Source: Candidatus Omnitrophota bacterium (GTDB lineage: Bacteria > Omnitrophota > Gorgyraeia > B26-G9). Taken from it: 64,000 nucleotides of DNA. The position numbers and the translations under genes are program-made. The stretch is taken from positions 28,366-92,365 of the forward strand of contig JAZDHZ010000003.1 in assembly GCA_043805415.1 (NCBI GenBank), written 5' to 3'. Below the pieces are notes generated by a model. That model was not told the DNA's origin. It saw only the letters and a list, made by a program, of their open reading frames with translations, and made no database searches. Positions 1 through 9,445 of this stretch are shown here, in pieces; position 1 is the stretch's first letter, and every line of letters begins with the position of its first letter.

Positions 1-337
1 GATTCCGGTAACTTTGCCGACATATGATGAAGTAATTGGCAGTAATAATATATCAGATATAAATTATAATCAGCATGTATTGTCTTTAATCAAGCCTAAG
101 CAATTAAACGTGCTGACTATTCATGCTGAAGTCGAGGGCATTGCTTATTTGGAAATGTTTGCTGAATTTATCAGGTTAGCAAAGCAGCAAAATATATTAA
201 TTATGCCTTTAGGGGATTTGCTTGATGGTAAATTGCCGATTGAACAAGGATATATAATAAAAAGCCGGATAAAGGGCAGGCAGGGTTGGCTTTGTCTGCA
301 GTCAAAACAGGAAACTAATGATCAACAAAATAATTAA
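1..337 (+). CDS. C-terminal fragment of a polysaccharide-deacetylase-family protein, possibly ArnD-like deformylase (5' partial)
   Basis: The reading frame is open to the window start. The ORF overlaps and is immediately upstream of a clear ArnT homolog, which matches the arnD-arnT gene order. Identity of the fragment itself was not verified by motif. Confidence 0.35.
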   Translation, partial: IPVTLPTYDEVIGSNNISDINYNQHVLSLIKPKQLNVLTIHAEVEGIAYLEMFAEFIRLAKQQNILIMPLGDLLDGKLPIEQGYIIKSRIKGRQGWLCLQSKQETNDQQNN

Positions 338-1976
338 GCATCCTAAACTTACCATATTTTTTATTTTTATTTGTCTGTATATTCTGCCTTTGGGAATCAG
401 GCCGATAATAATGCCGGATGAAACCCGTTATGGGGAAATCCCGAGGGAGATGATCGCGAATAATAACTGGGTTGTTCCGAAGCTTAATGGTTTGGATTAT
501 TTTGAAAAACCGGTATTAGGCTATTGGCTGGTGGCTTTGTCCATGAAAGTGTTTGGGGAAAACGCGTTCGCGATTCGTTTGCCTTTTGCCTTATCTCTGG
601 GTATTTCCGCTATTTTTCTGTTAATGCTATTGTCAAGATTCAGCCAGGATAAGGAAACCGCCAATTGGGGGGGTATAATATTTATTACCTGCCTTGAGGT
701 GTTTGCCGTGGGAGTTTTCAGCGTGCTTGACGGTACATTTGCTTTGTTTCTTAACGGATTAATGATCAGCTTTTTCTTTGCCTATAAGGCGGTTGAAAAA
801 AGCCGTGAAGAAAAGTTATGGCTTGTACTTAGCGGAGTTTTCTGCGGATTGGCTTTTCTGACCAAGGGATTTTTAGCCTTTGTTTTACCGGTAATAATAA
901 TCATTCCTTTTTTATTTTGGGAAAAAAACCTAAAATCAAGTTTGAAAATGATCTGGCTGCCTTTGGTTTCAGCAATAGTTGTGATTATGCCCTGGGCGCT
1001 TCTGATTCAGCGGCAAGCGCCTGATTTCTGGCATTTTTTTATTTGGAATGAACATATCCGCCGGTTTTTATCTACTGACGCTCAGCACAAGGCGCCGCTT
1101 TGGTATTTTCTTTTAGTTTTTCCCGCAGGAGCGATACCCTGGATATTTCTGTTGCCCGCTGCTATTAAAGGAATTAAATCAAACAGTAAAGATATATCGC
1201 TTTTTCGATACGCGGTTTTATGGTTTGCAGTGCCTTTTTTATTCTTTTCACTTTGCAAAGGTAAACTGGCTACATATATTCTACCTTGTTTTATTCCGTT
1301 TACAATAATAATGGCTCAAGGTCTGCGTAGTTATTTTGCAATAGGAGAAAAAAAATCGTTTTCAAAAGGTACCTATGGCTTAATCGGACTATTGGCGGTA
1401 CTGTTGATTGCTCTGGTAGCAGTACAGCTAGGGTGGGTTAAGGGAAAACTTTACGCTTATAATCAGACAGCATTGTTAGCGGGATTTGGCCTTCTGAGTT
1501 TTATTGCTATGCTTATTTTTAGCTTAAAAGAGATTGAAAATCAAAAAAAGTTTTATAAATTCGCGCTGGCTCCGGTTATTTTTCTAGTCTGCGCGCATTT
1601 TCTAGTGCCGGATGAAACAATTTGCCGTAAAGCTCCAGGAGCTTTTCTTAAAAGCAATCTTGCGCTGATTAATGCCCAAACCAGTATTGTCTCAGACGAT
1701 TTTTCCATAAGGGCAGTGTGCTGGTTTCTTAAGCGTGATGATATTTATCAGCTTGAATCCGGCGGAGAGTTGATGTACGGACTGCAGCTGGAAAAAGGGA
1801 AAAAACGTTTGCTTGATTTGGCTGATTTTAAGCAAATGATCACACAGTCTTCAGGAAAAAAACAAATAGCTTTATTTGCCAGAAGCAGTACTTATGACAG
1901 CTGGAAGCCTAATTTGCCCAAACCTTTGCTAGAAAAAAGAAATCAGGGCAATGGTTTTGTCTTTGTCTTATATTGA
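318..1976 (+). CDS. arnT: Undecaprenyl-phosphate-4-amino-4-deoxy-L-arabinose:lipid A arabinosyltransferase (ArnT, GT83 family)
   Basis: 552 aa polytopic membrane protein. N-terminal PDETRYGEIPREM, YFEKP, LTKGFLAFVLPV and FWHFFIWNEHIRRFLSTDAQHKAPLWYF align closely with E. coli ArnT motifs (PDETRYAEISREM, MTKGFLALAVPV, FWHYFFWVEHIQRF..DDAQHRAPFWYY). Length matches. Confidence 0.8.
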   Translation: MINKIIKHPKLTIFFIFICLYILPLGIRPIIMPDETRYGEIPREMIANNNWVVPKLNGLDYFEKPVLGYWLVALSMKVFGENAFAIRLPFALSLGISAIFLLMLLSRFSQDKETANWGGIIFITCLEVFAVGVFSVLDGTFALFLNGLMISFFFAYKAVEKSREEKLWLVLSGVFCGLAFLTKGFLAFVLPVIIIIPFLFWEKNLKSSLKMIWLPLVSAIVVIMPWALLIQRQAPDFWHFFIWNEHIRRFLSTDAQHKAPLWYFLLVFPAGAIPWIFLLPAAIKGIKSNSKDISLFRYAVLWFAVPFLFFSLCKGKLATYILPCFIPFTIIMAQGLRSYFAIGEKKSFSKGTYGLIGLLAVLLIALVAVQLGWVKGKLYAYNQTALLAGFGLLSFIAMLIFSLKEIENQKKFYKFALAPVIFLVCAHFLVPDETICRKAPGAFLKSNLALINAQTSIVSDDFSIRAVCWFLKRDDIYQLESGGELMYGLQLEKGKKRLLDLADFKQMITQSSGKKQIALFARSSTYDSWKPNLPKPLLEKRNQGNGFVFVLY

Positions 1977-2156
1977 TAATTTTTGGAATTATCCTATCTT
2001 TAATGTGCTTAATTTAGACAGAAAAGCCAGAAAAACTTAATAAAAATCAAGCAGCAGCTGTCTGAGTTTAAAAAGCAAATAAATGTGTGCAATCCAAAGG
2101 TTACTTTTTTTCTCCAAGTCAGCAGGATTATGAGGATTATCCAAAGATTAAATCTA

Positions 2157-2186
2157 TTGACATTTCTTTTCCTCCTAGTTCATAAT
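2157..2186 (+). promoter_or_regulatory. Sigma70-like promoter upstream of ktrB (TTGACA, 17-18 nt, CATAAT)
   Basis: TTGACA at 2157-2162 and CATAAT at 2181-2186, read directly from the sequence. Confidence 0.4.
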
Positions 2187-2371
2187 ATACGTTTAAAAGC
2201 AGGCTTAAGCTTTCCGATAGGGTAATAGGGCTTATTGTTAGCTGTGGGGCAGTCTGGTGAGACTGAGTGCGCTCGCGAATGATGCTTTATAGGTTCAGAT
2301 CAGAAGGTAGAATTTTAGATAATTGCTTTTCTTTGAATTTAATCCGATTGTTTGATTTTGGCAAGACATTT

Positions 2372-3754
2372 ATGAGAAATCAAAAAAGCATCTTTAATCA
2401 TAACCCTGAGACATTGATTCTCTTTAACTTTTTTTTTGCGATTTTTTTTGGCGGATTATTATTGAAATTGCCGATAGCCAGCACTAAAGACGCGCTATCC
2501 TGGATAGACTCTTTTTTTATGTCGACTTCTGCTGTTTGCGTTACTGGATTGAGTGTGGCAGATATTGGTAAAGACCTGACAATGTTTGGTCAGATGGTTA
2601 TTCTCTTTCTTATCCAGCTCGGGGGATTAGGGATAATGACATTTTCCTTGCTGTTTATTATTCTACTCGGAAAAAAAATTGGACTGCATTCTAATCTTCA
2701 AATCCCGGATCTATCCCAGGACATAAGTTTTAAGAATATTAAATATTCTATACTCATGATCTTCGCAATGACTTTTTTTATCGAATCTGCTGGAGCTATT
2801 TTGTTGTTTTTTAACCTGAAGAATTACCATTCATTCCCTTTTGCTGTTTATAGCTCAATATTCCATTCTGTTTCGGCATTTTGCAACGCGGGTTTTAGTC
2901 TTTATTCAGATAGTTTTATTGGTTTTAATAATAATCCGTATATTATGGGGATATTGATGTTTTTGATTGTTCTGGGCGGCTTGGGATTTATCGTTATTTA
3001 TGAGGTTATCAGAATTATTTCGTTTAAAAGGAGTGTTAGTGAAAAGCTGTGTATCAGTCTGCATACAAAGATTGCTTTAGGGGGAAGTTTATTTTTTATT
3101 GTTTTCGGAGCAATCATTATTTTGTTGCTTGAGAGTCGGGGGATTATGCGCGGTATGCCCTTATCCCAGCAAATCCTTAATTCATTTTTTCTTTCAGTAA
3201 CTTCCCGTACCGCGGGTTTTAACGCGGTAGATACAGCATTATTGTCAAATCCTACTTTAATTCTGCTTTTGTTTTTTATGTTTGTCGGAGGCTGTCCTGG
3301 CTCAACCGCCGGAGGTATAAAAATACACACCTTTTTTTCTTTAATCGCTGTTTTCCGAAATAAGTTACGCGGACTTTCAATGGCAAGCCTTTTCAAAAGA
3401 AAGATACCTGATGCTGTTGTAAGCAGAGCTTTAACTATATGCATCACATCTTTCTTTATTATATTTATCGCGGTATTCTTACTGCAATTGTCGGAGAATG
3501 GAGCAATTTCTCATCTGGAAGTTAAGCAAAGGGAAGAATTTTTTGATACTCTTTTTGAGAGTGTATCAGCATTTGCTACCGTCGGATTATCGACAGGGAC
3601 AACGCTATGCTTATCGTCTTGGGGTAAAGGCATAATAATATTGTTAATGTTTGCAGGACGCGTAGGGCCGCTTACTTTAGGGATAGCTTTGCAAATGCGG
3701 CAGAAACGTAAACCTGTTTATGAGTTTCCGGTTGAAGAGATAATCTTAAGTTGA
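2372..3754 (+). CDS. ktrB: Potassium uptake protein, TrkH/KtrB family membrane subunit
   Basis: Multi-TM protein with repeated pore-like GxG segments (GLSVAD, GGLG, STGTT/GLSTG) typical of the TrkH/KtrB family. A TrkA/KtrA-like gene follows immediately with a 4-nt overlap. Start chosen at the internal ATG 2372 (MRNQKS..) because the upstream extension of the ORF-track frame is non-conserved. Confidence 0.75.
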   Translation: MRNQKSIFNHNPETLILFNFFFAIFFGGLLLKLPIASTKDALSWIDSFFMSTSAVCVTGLSVADIGKDLTMFGQMVILFLIQLGGLGIMTFSLLFIILLGKKIGLHSNLQIPDLSQDISFKNIKYSILMIFAMTFFIESAGAILLFFNLKNYHSFPFAVYSSIFHSVSAFCNAGFSLYSDSFIGFNNNPYIMGILMFLIVLGGLGFIVIYEVIRIISFKRSVSEKLCISLHTKIALGGSLFFIVFGAIIILLLESRGIMRGMPLSQQILNSFFLSVTSRTAGFNAVDTALLSNPTLILLLFFMFVGGCPGSTAGGIKIHTFFSLIAVFRNKLRGLSMASLFKRKIPDAVVSRALTICITSFFIIFIAVFLLQLSENGAISHLEVKQREEFFDTLFESVSAFATVGLSTGTTLCLSSWGKGIIILLMFAGRVGPLTLGIALQMRQKRKPVYEFPVEEIILS

Positions 3755-4422
3755 TAATAAAGGAGATAGATAATATGCAGAACATCCTGATCATTGGGCT
3801 AGGGCATTTCGGTTATTCGCTGGTTAAAGAATTGATAAAACATCCAGCGGAAATTATTGTTATCGAGAAAAACCAGGAAAGAGCGGGGCTGGTTAAAGAT
3901 ATGGTCGGACAAGTCATCGTAGCCAATGCAACAAATAAGGAGCTGTTGTTGAAGTTTAGCAAAGATGTGGATTGCGCGATTGTGTGTATAAGTGAAAAGA
4001 TAGACAGCAGCGTATTAATAACCTACTATCTGAAAGGAATGGGCATTAAAAAGATTATCGCCAAGGCATCAACCCTTGATCATGGGGAAATCTTAAAATC
4101 CATCGGGGCGAATGAAATCATCTATCCTGAAGAAGAAGCGGCAAAAAGAATAGCCAGAAACCTTATTGCCCCGGATATCCTGGATGTGATTAAATTCTCA
4201 GAAGAATTTGATATTATTGAATTTCCTGTGCCTGAGAATTTTTTAAGGAAAACCATAAAAGATCTTAAGCTGCGAAACAAATATAACATCGAGATCTTGG
4301 CTGTCAGGAATCCTTTGACCGGTAAAACCAAAATTATGCCGACTGCTGATTATGAGTTTGCTCCGGATGATGTTATAATTTTTGTCGGAGAAACTGAATC
4401 AATGAAAAAACTTAATCAGTAA
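3751..4422 (+). CDS. ktrA: Potassium uptake regulatory subunit, TrkA/KtrA (RCK_N Rossmann plus RCK_C)
   Basis: N-terminal IIGLGHFGYSLVKEL is a GxGxxG NAD-binding motif. Size is 223 aa. Translationally coupled to ktrB. Confidence 0.75.
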   Translation: MIIKEIDNMQNILIIGLGHFGYSLVKELIKHPAEIIVIEKNQERAGLVKDMVGQVIVANATNKELLLKFSKDVDCAIVCISEKIDSSVLITYYLKGMGIKKIIAKASTLDHGEILKSIGANEIIYPEEEAAKRIARNLIAPDILDVIKFSEEFDIIEFPVPENFLRKTIKDLKLRNKYNIEILAVRNPLTGKTKIMPTADYEFAPDDVIIFVGETESMKKLNQ

Positions 4423-4548
4423 CAAACGGAATAAGTCTTGAAAGTAATAAAGCCGTGAAAATTTCAAAGCTTTTAGCTATGCAAGGTCTAGAGTTAAACA
4501 AAACTGTTTTTTAATAATTAGAAGTATAAGAAAGTTGAGGGTAGGGAG

Positions 4549-5526
4549 ATGGGTACGAGAAAATTGGGATTTTTGGTTTTTAATATTATGCTTTGTTTTT
4601 TAATTAATCATCTAATCGCGGAAATGTCATGGACAGGGGAAGAGAAAAAAGAAGAAAAAGTAAAAAAGGAAGTTATTGAGCTGCAGGATAAATTTCAATG
4701 GTGGCCTACTGACGCGAAGCCGGGTATATTTAAAGACCCTGAGCGCAGCGGATATTGGTGGTGGCCTAAAGAACCGGGAGAAATGCGGCCTTGGGGAAAT
4801 CAGGGATATGTATTTGTTAATAAAATCATTTATGATTATAAACAAGAGGAAGATGAGCCGATAGCTGAACCCGCGCAGGAATTAAAACCATCTTTACTTA
4901 TTAAAAAAATAATAAAAAACGTAAAGATTTATTTTGATTATAACAAGGCTCAATTAAGGAATGATCACTATCCTGTTTTAGATAAAGCTGTGGATAGCTT
5001 AAAACGTAATCCTGAGGCAAGTATTTTAGTGACCGGTAATTGTGATAAAAGAGGATCCGAGGAATATAATCTGAAGCTTGGCAAAAAAAGAGGACAAGTT
5101 ATTAAGGAGTATATGCTTGAAAAAGGTATCCCGGATGAGCGAATCCTTATTGTAAGCAGGGGGAAACTGGACGCGGTTGCTCCGGTAAGTGATTTGGCGG
5201 GTATGCAAAAAGATAGAAACGCCCAATTCATGGTCGCGGAAGTTGAAGAGATTATGATCCCGGCAAGGGAGACGGAAAACATAAAAGACGCTAAGGAAAT
5301 CGAAGAAGGGAAATATATCATAGAAAAAGAAGAACAAGTGGAGACTTCTTTAAAAGTATCAACCCGCGATTATATTATTCAAAAGGGTGATAGTTTGTCA
5401 AAAATTGCGAAACAAGAGCTTGGCAGCGGACATCGATGGAAATTTCTTTATGAATTAAATAAAGATGTGATTAGGGATCCCAATAAGTTGAAAGTTGGTC
5501 AGAAAATTATTATTCCTATTGAATAA
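4549..5526 (+). CDS. Envelope protein with OmpA-like peptidoglycan-binding domain and C-terminal LysM domain
   Basis: N-terminal hydrophobic signal. OmpA_C-like segment NCDKRGSEEYNLKLGKKRGQVIKEYMLEKGIPDERI. C-terminal LysM (YIIQKGDSLSKIAKQELG...KLKVGQKIIIP). Confidence 0.6.
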   Translation: MGTRKLGFLVFNIMLCFLINHLIAEMSWTGEEKKEEKVKKEVIELQDKFQWWPTDAKPGIFKDPERSGYWWWPKEPGEMRPWGNQGYVFVNKIIYDYKQEEDEPIAEPAQELKPSLLIKKIIKNVKIYFDYNKAQLRNDHYPVLDKAVDSLKRNPEASILVTGNCDKRGSEEYNLKLGKKRGQVIKEYMLEKGIPDERILIVSRGKLDAVAPVSDLAGMQKDRNAQFMVAEVEEIMIPARETENIKDAKEIEEGKYIIEKEEQVETSLKVSTRDYIIQKGDSLSKIAKQELGSGHRWKFLYELNKDVIRDPNKLKVGQKIIIPIE

Positions 5527-5586
5527 AATGGGAACTCAAGGTGTGGAGATACTAATAGATTTTATCTAACAATAGCAGGAGGCGTA

Positions 5587-6066
5587 ATGGCTAGGACATT
5601 AATTTTAATTGTGTACTGTTTTATTTTAGCTGGGTGTGCAACAGGGCAAAGAAGCGCAAATCCAGATATACAGAATATGCAGAGCCGCATAGCTTTTCTG
5701 GAAGATGAAGTTAATGCGAAAGATCAGGAAATCGGAAGCATGCGAAATGAATTAAGACAAGTTAAGCAAAAATATGTGATGAAATCTGATAATTCTGAAA
5801 TATCAGGCAAGAGGGTGAGTAATAAAGCGGTATCTAAAACCAAGGCAAACAATGCTCAGCTGGAAGAAATTATCCGAGTTGACGGAGTGACGGCAGACAA
5901 AGTCCAACTGGCGTTAAAAAAAGCAGGTGTTTATGAGGGGAAGGTTGATGGGAAAATCGGGCCTAAAACAAAAGAAGCGATTAAAGCATTCCAACGCAAG
6001 AATAATCTAAAAGTTGATGGCGTTGTCGGACGAGGTACTTGGGCAAAATTAAAGAAAAATCTTTAA
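5587..6066 (+). CDS. Lipoprotein with C-terminal peptidoglycan-binding (PG_binding_1-like) domain
   Basis: Lipobox LAGC near the N-terminus. Coiled-coil middle. C-terminal VQLALKKAGVYEGKVDGKIGPKTKEAIKAFQRKNNLKVDGVVGRGTW resembles the PGRP/PG_binding_1 repeat. Confidence 0.5.
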   Translation: MARTLILIVYCFILAGCATGQRSANPDIQNMQSRIAFLEDEVNAKDQEIGSMRNELRQVKQKYVMKSDNSEISGKRVSNKAVSKTKANNAQLEEIIRVDGVTADKVQLALKKAGVYEGKVDGKIGPKTKEAIKAFQRKNNLKVDGVVGRGTWAKLKKNL

Positions 6067-6120
6067 AAAGAAAAAGCAATAGCGATTTTCATGATTAGGA
6101 TTGTCAGATAATTTATTCAA

Positions 6121-6168
6121 AAATAACCCTATGCGATTATTTTAACAATCGGATAGGGTTATTTCTTT
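6121..6168 (+). terminator. Hairpin (11-bp perfect stem AATAACCCTAT/ATAGGGTTATT, 19-nt loop) followed by a T-rich tract
   Basis: Read directly from the sequence downstream of the lipoprotein gene. Confidence 0.45.
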
Positions 6169-6251
6169 AAATAAGGGAAGGGTAAACATAGTTTAAAAAT
6201 GGTTTGGAATAACTTGCCTAAAACTCCCTCACGATATACAATAGATAAACT

Positions 6252-7415
6252 ATGAAAAACACCTTCTATATTAAAACTTTCGGCTGTCAGATGAACACAC
6301 GCGATTCCGAACTGGTTGCCGGTTTATTGCTTAAAAAAGGCTATAAGCTTATTGAGCAGGAAGATGCTGCTGATATTGTTCTTGTGAATACCTGTAGTGT
6401 CAGAAAACACGCGGAAAACAGAGTCTGGTCGGAAATCGGAAAACTGAAAAAACGCAAAAAGCGCACAGGTAAGCCGCTTATCGGGCTTATCGGCTGCATG
6501 GCGCAAGCCTGGGGGCAGGAAGTATTTGCTAAAGCGCCTTTGGTGGACTTAGTTGTTGGGCCGAACAATATAAGCGCGATTCCCGGATTGCTGGCGGATT
6601 TGAAATCAGGTTTTGGCCAAGCGATTGCTGTGGGCAAAGATCAAAGAGATGCTTTTGTGTATAATACTGAATATATCAGCGGAAAATCGCATTGTAATGT
6701 TAATATCATGGAAGGGTGTAATAATTTTTGTTCATACTGTATTGTTCCCTATGTAAGAGGCAGGGAGAGAAGCCGGGACGCGGAAGATATTATGAATGAG
6801 ATCAAATCATTGGTAAGCAAAGGGATAAAAGAGATTACGCTGCTCGGGCAGAACGTCAACTCTTACAAGTCACAAGACACAAGTCACAAGACACAAGGAA
6901 AAGATAAAAGCGTTTCTTTTATTGACTTGCTGGACCAGGTAAATGCCGTTGAGGGATTGGAGAAGTTTGATTTTGTGACGTCGCATCCCAAGGATGCTTC
7001 GATAGAGTTGTTTCAGTCTATGGCGGCATTGGAAAAGTGTCGGAAATTTTTACATTTGCCGATACAGTCAGGCTCTGATAGAATATTAAAGAAAATGAAT
7101 CGGGGTTATACAGTAGCGCATTATGGACAGCTGGCTAAGGCGGCAAAAGAACTTATTCCTGAATTAAGGCTAGGTACAGATATTATGGTTGGGTTTCCCA
7201 CGGAAAGCGAAAAGGATTTTGAGGATACCTACAAGCTTATGCAGGAAATTCAATTTGACGCTGCTTATATTTTTAAGTATTCGCCTAGGCCGCACACAAA
7301 AGCGGCGGAACTTAAAGATGATATAAGCGAAGAGGTTAAGAAATCTAGGCATAAGATTTTGCTTGATTATCAAAGACAATTACACAAGAAAAAAGATCAA
7401 CGGAATAATTTATGA
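6252..7415 (+). CDS. miaB: Radical-SAM methylthiotransferase of the MiaB family, ending before any TRAM domain, with a repeat-derived in-frame insertion
   Basis: N-terminal FYIKTFGCQMNTRDSE (MTTase domain). CNNFCSYCIVPYVRGRERSR (CxxxCxxC radical-SAM). The C-terminus ends right after the radical-SAM domain at 387 aa, whereas E. coli MiaB is ~474 aa. A tRNA prenyltransferase (miaA) lies two genes downstream. Confidence 0.7.
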   Translation: MKNTFYIKTFGCQMNTRDSELVAGLLLKKGYKLIEQEDAADIVLVNTCSVRKHAENRVWSEIGKLKKRKKRTGKPLIGLIGCMAQAWGQEVFAKAPLVDLVVGPNNISAIPGLLADLKSGFGQAIAVGKDQRDAFVYNTEYISGKSHCNVNIMEGCNNFCSYCIVPYVRGRERSRDAEDIMNEIKSLVSKGIKEITLLGQNVNSYKSQDTSHKTQGKDKSVSFIDLLDQVNAVEGLEKFDFVTSHPKDASIELFQSMAALEKCRKFLHLPIQSGSDRILKKMNRGYTVAHYGQLAKAAKELIPELRLGTDIMVGFPTESEKDFEDTYKLMQEIQFDAAYIFKYSPRPHTKAAELKDDISEEVKKSRHKILLDYQRQLHKKKDQRNNL

Positions 7416-8170
7416 AAAAAACACTGAGCTTAATTGTTGTGCTTATTTGTCTGGGGATTTGTTCCAGAGCATATTCCTATGGGGCGGCACTGGATGAAGC
7501 CGTAAAATTAATGCTTAAAAATGATTATTACGCGGCTTTAGATGAATGCCATCGGTTGGAGCGGATTCTTTCCGGTTATGACAAATCAGAGCTTTTATAT
7601 ATTGAAGGAGAGTGCTTTTCCCTGCTTGAAGATTATGACCAGGCGCGTGAGGTTTTTAAACAGGGGCTTAAAAATTCTAAAGGAGAGCTTTCAACCAAAA
7701 TATATCTAGGCATAGCGGATAGCTATTTTATGCAGCATGGATATGATAAAGCGATAAGTATTTATAAACAGCTGCTTGAGAAAAACAACCCTGATTACGA
7801 AGCGGGATTATTGTTTAAATTAGGAAAAGCTTATCAAAAAAATAGTAAATGGACCCAATCAAAGTATTATTTTGATATGCTCAAGCAAAAATACCCGCAG
7901 AGTTTTGAGCTGGCAATTGTTGAAAAATCTTCAGTTGGCGGAAATTTCTTTACCATCCAAGTCGGCTGTTTTTCAAATAAAGAAAACGCGGAAAAGCTGC
8001 GAGATAATTTATTGGCAAAAGATTATGATGTTTATGTTACCCCTTTTCAGTCTAATGGCAGTGAATTGTACAGAGTAAGAGTCGGTGAATTTGTTTCTCT
8101 TCTTGCTGCGGAGCATCAAGAACTTGAGTTAAAAAATGTTGAACATTTACCAACCCATATATTCCCTTAA
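7412..8170 (+). CDS. Lipoprotein with TPR-like repeats and C-terminal SPOR (septal peptidoglycan-binding) domain
   Basis: Signal and Cys lipobox (LGICS). TPR-like helical repeats. The C-terminal FFTIQVGCFSNKENAEKLRDNLLAKDYDVYVTPF...YRVRVGEF matches the SPOR fold signature. Confidence 0.5.
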   Translation: MKKTLSLIVVLICLGICSRAYSYGAALDEAVKLMLKNDYYAALDECHRLERILSGYDKSELLYIEGECFSLLEDYDQAREVFKQGLKNSKGELSTKIYLGIADSYFMQHGYDKAISIYKQLLEKNNPDYEAGLLFKLGKAYQKNSKWTQSKYYFDMLKQKYPQSFELAIVEKSSVGGNFFTIQVGCFSNKENAEKLRDNLLAKDYDVYVTPFQSNGSELYRVRVGEFVSLLAAEHQELELKNVEHLPTHIFP

Positions 8171-8252
8171 AACAGCGTTTAGCCCTTTGACTTCGCTCAG
8201 GATAAACGTTTAGAGATTAGCGTTCAGGAAAAAATAAAGAAATGAGTTTAAA

Positions 8253-9185
8253 ATGGAAAACAATAAAAAGCCTTTTGTCCTATTTTTAGTTGGGCCCACA
8301 GCTTGTGGGAAAACAGCAACTGCTATTGAGATTGCAAAAAAAATCAATGCGGAAATTATCTCGGCAGATTCAATGCAGGTTTATAAAGGCATGGATATTT
8401 TAAGCGCAAAACCAACCCTTACTGAGCAAAAAGAAATACCGCATCATTTGATTGATATATTAGAGCCAAGTGAGGAATACAGTGTAGCGATTTTTCGCCA
8501 AAAAGCACTCAATTGTATAGAACAGATAATAAGCCGCGAAAAAATACCTTTAATTGTCGGCGGTACAGGCATGTATGTAAAAGTTTTGACCAAAGGACTT
8601 TTTTCAGATAATGGTAAGGATGAGCAGGTGCGCAAAGAGTTGACCCAAGAAGCCAAACACAAGGGCAATGAATATCTTTATGAGCGGTTAAAACAAGTTG
8701 ATCCGAAAGCCGCGGATAAAATTCATCAGAATGATATGCGTCGGGTTATTCGGGCGCTTGAAGTTTATGAGTTGAGTAACCGGACAATCACGGAGCTAAA
8801 AACAGAGATCCAAGGACTGGGTGAAAAATATAATTTTAAAATATTTGGCATTGACAGAGATCGCCGAGAGCTTTATCAGCGGATTGATCAAAGAGTTGAG
8901 CAAATGTTTGAAGCCGGGTTTTTAGATGAAGTTAAAACATTGCTAAGCAATGAATTAAGTCATACGGCCAGACAGGCATTGGGCATAAAACAAATCAGAG
9001 AATATCTAGATGATAAATGTACTTTGGATTTTGCCCGGGAAATAATCAAGCGTGATAGCCGGCGTTTTGCCAAGCGTCAGCTTACTTGGTTTAGACAGGA
9101 AAAAGACATAATCTGGATCCAGGCGAATAATGAAACAACCCCTCAAGAAACAGCAGAAAAAATCATTCCTTTATTAACCATTTAA
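8253..9185 (+). CDS. miaA: tRNA dimethylallyltransferase
   Basis: FLVGPTACGKTATAIEIAKKINAEIISADSMQVYKGMDI is the canonical MiaA P-loop and N-terminus. Size is 310 aa. Confidence 0.85.
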   Translation: MENNKKPFVLFLVGPTACGKTATAIEIAKKINAEIISADSMQVYKGMDILSAKPTLTEQKEIPHHLIDILEPSEEYSVAIFRQKALNCIEQIISREKIPLIVGGTGMYVKVLTKGLFSDNGKDEQVRKELTQEAKHKGNEYLYERLKQVDPKAADKIHQNDMRRVIRALEVYELSNRTITELKTEIQGLGEKYNFKIFGIDRDRRELYQRIDQRVEQMFEAGFLDEVKTLLSNELSHTARQALGIKQIREYLDDKCTLDFAREIIKRDSRRFAKRQLTWFRQEKDIIWIQANNETTPQETAEKIIPLLTI

Positions 9186-9246
9186 TTAATAATTTATAAA
9201 CAAGGCTTATCAATAGGGATAAATCTTGTATATCGTTATTTTTCAA

Positions 9247-9257
9247 TGTGTTATAAT
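9247..9257 (+). promoter_or_regulatory. Extended -10 element (TGtTATAAT) upstream of the 1074-aa gene
   Basis: tgt+tataat at 9249-9257 with no good -35 hexamer. Confidence 0.3.
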
Positions 9258-9445
9258 TTCAAAAAACTGCCTCGTATTTTTGCAAAAAGCCATTTTCTAT
9301 GGTATACTTTTACGTTTTTGTAATTCCCTAAACAGCTGCAAGCTTTTTAAGCGTAACATTATTAAAAATCAATAGGTTGTAGGATTACTAAAGTGCGGGA
9401 TTAAGCATGTTTGTAATTCAGTTTAAGCCGATAAGGAATCTTTAA

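Noticed and set aside
2998-3447. 149-aa minus-strand ORF inside ktrB, with similar antisense ORFs at 19745..20407, 26057..26473, 33391..33765 and 41381..41710
   Set aside because: Each is fully embedded antisense within a well-supported gene and has low-complexity composition. These are typical shadow ORFs in AT-rich DNA.
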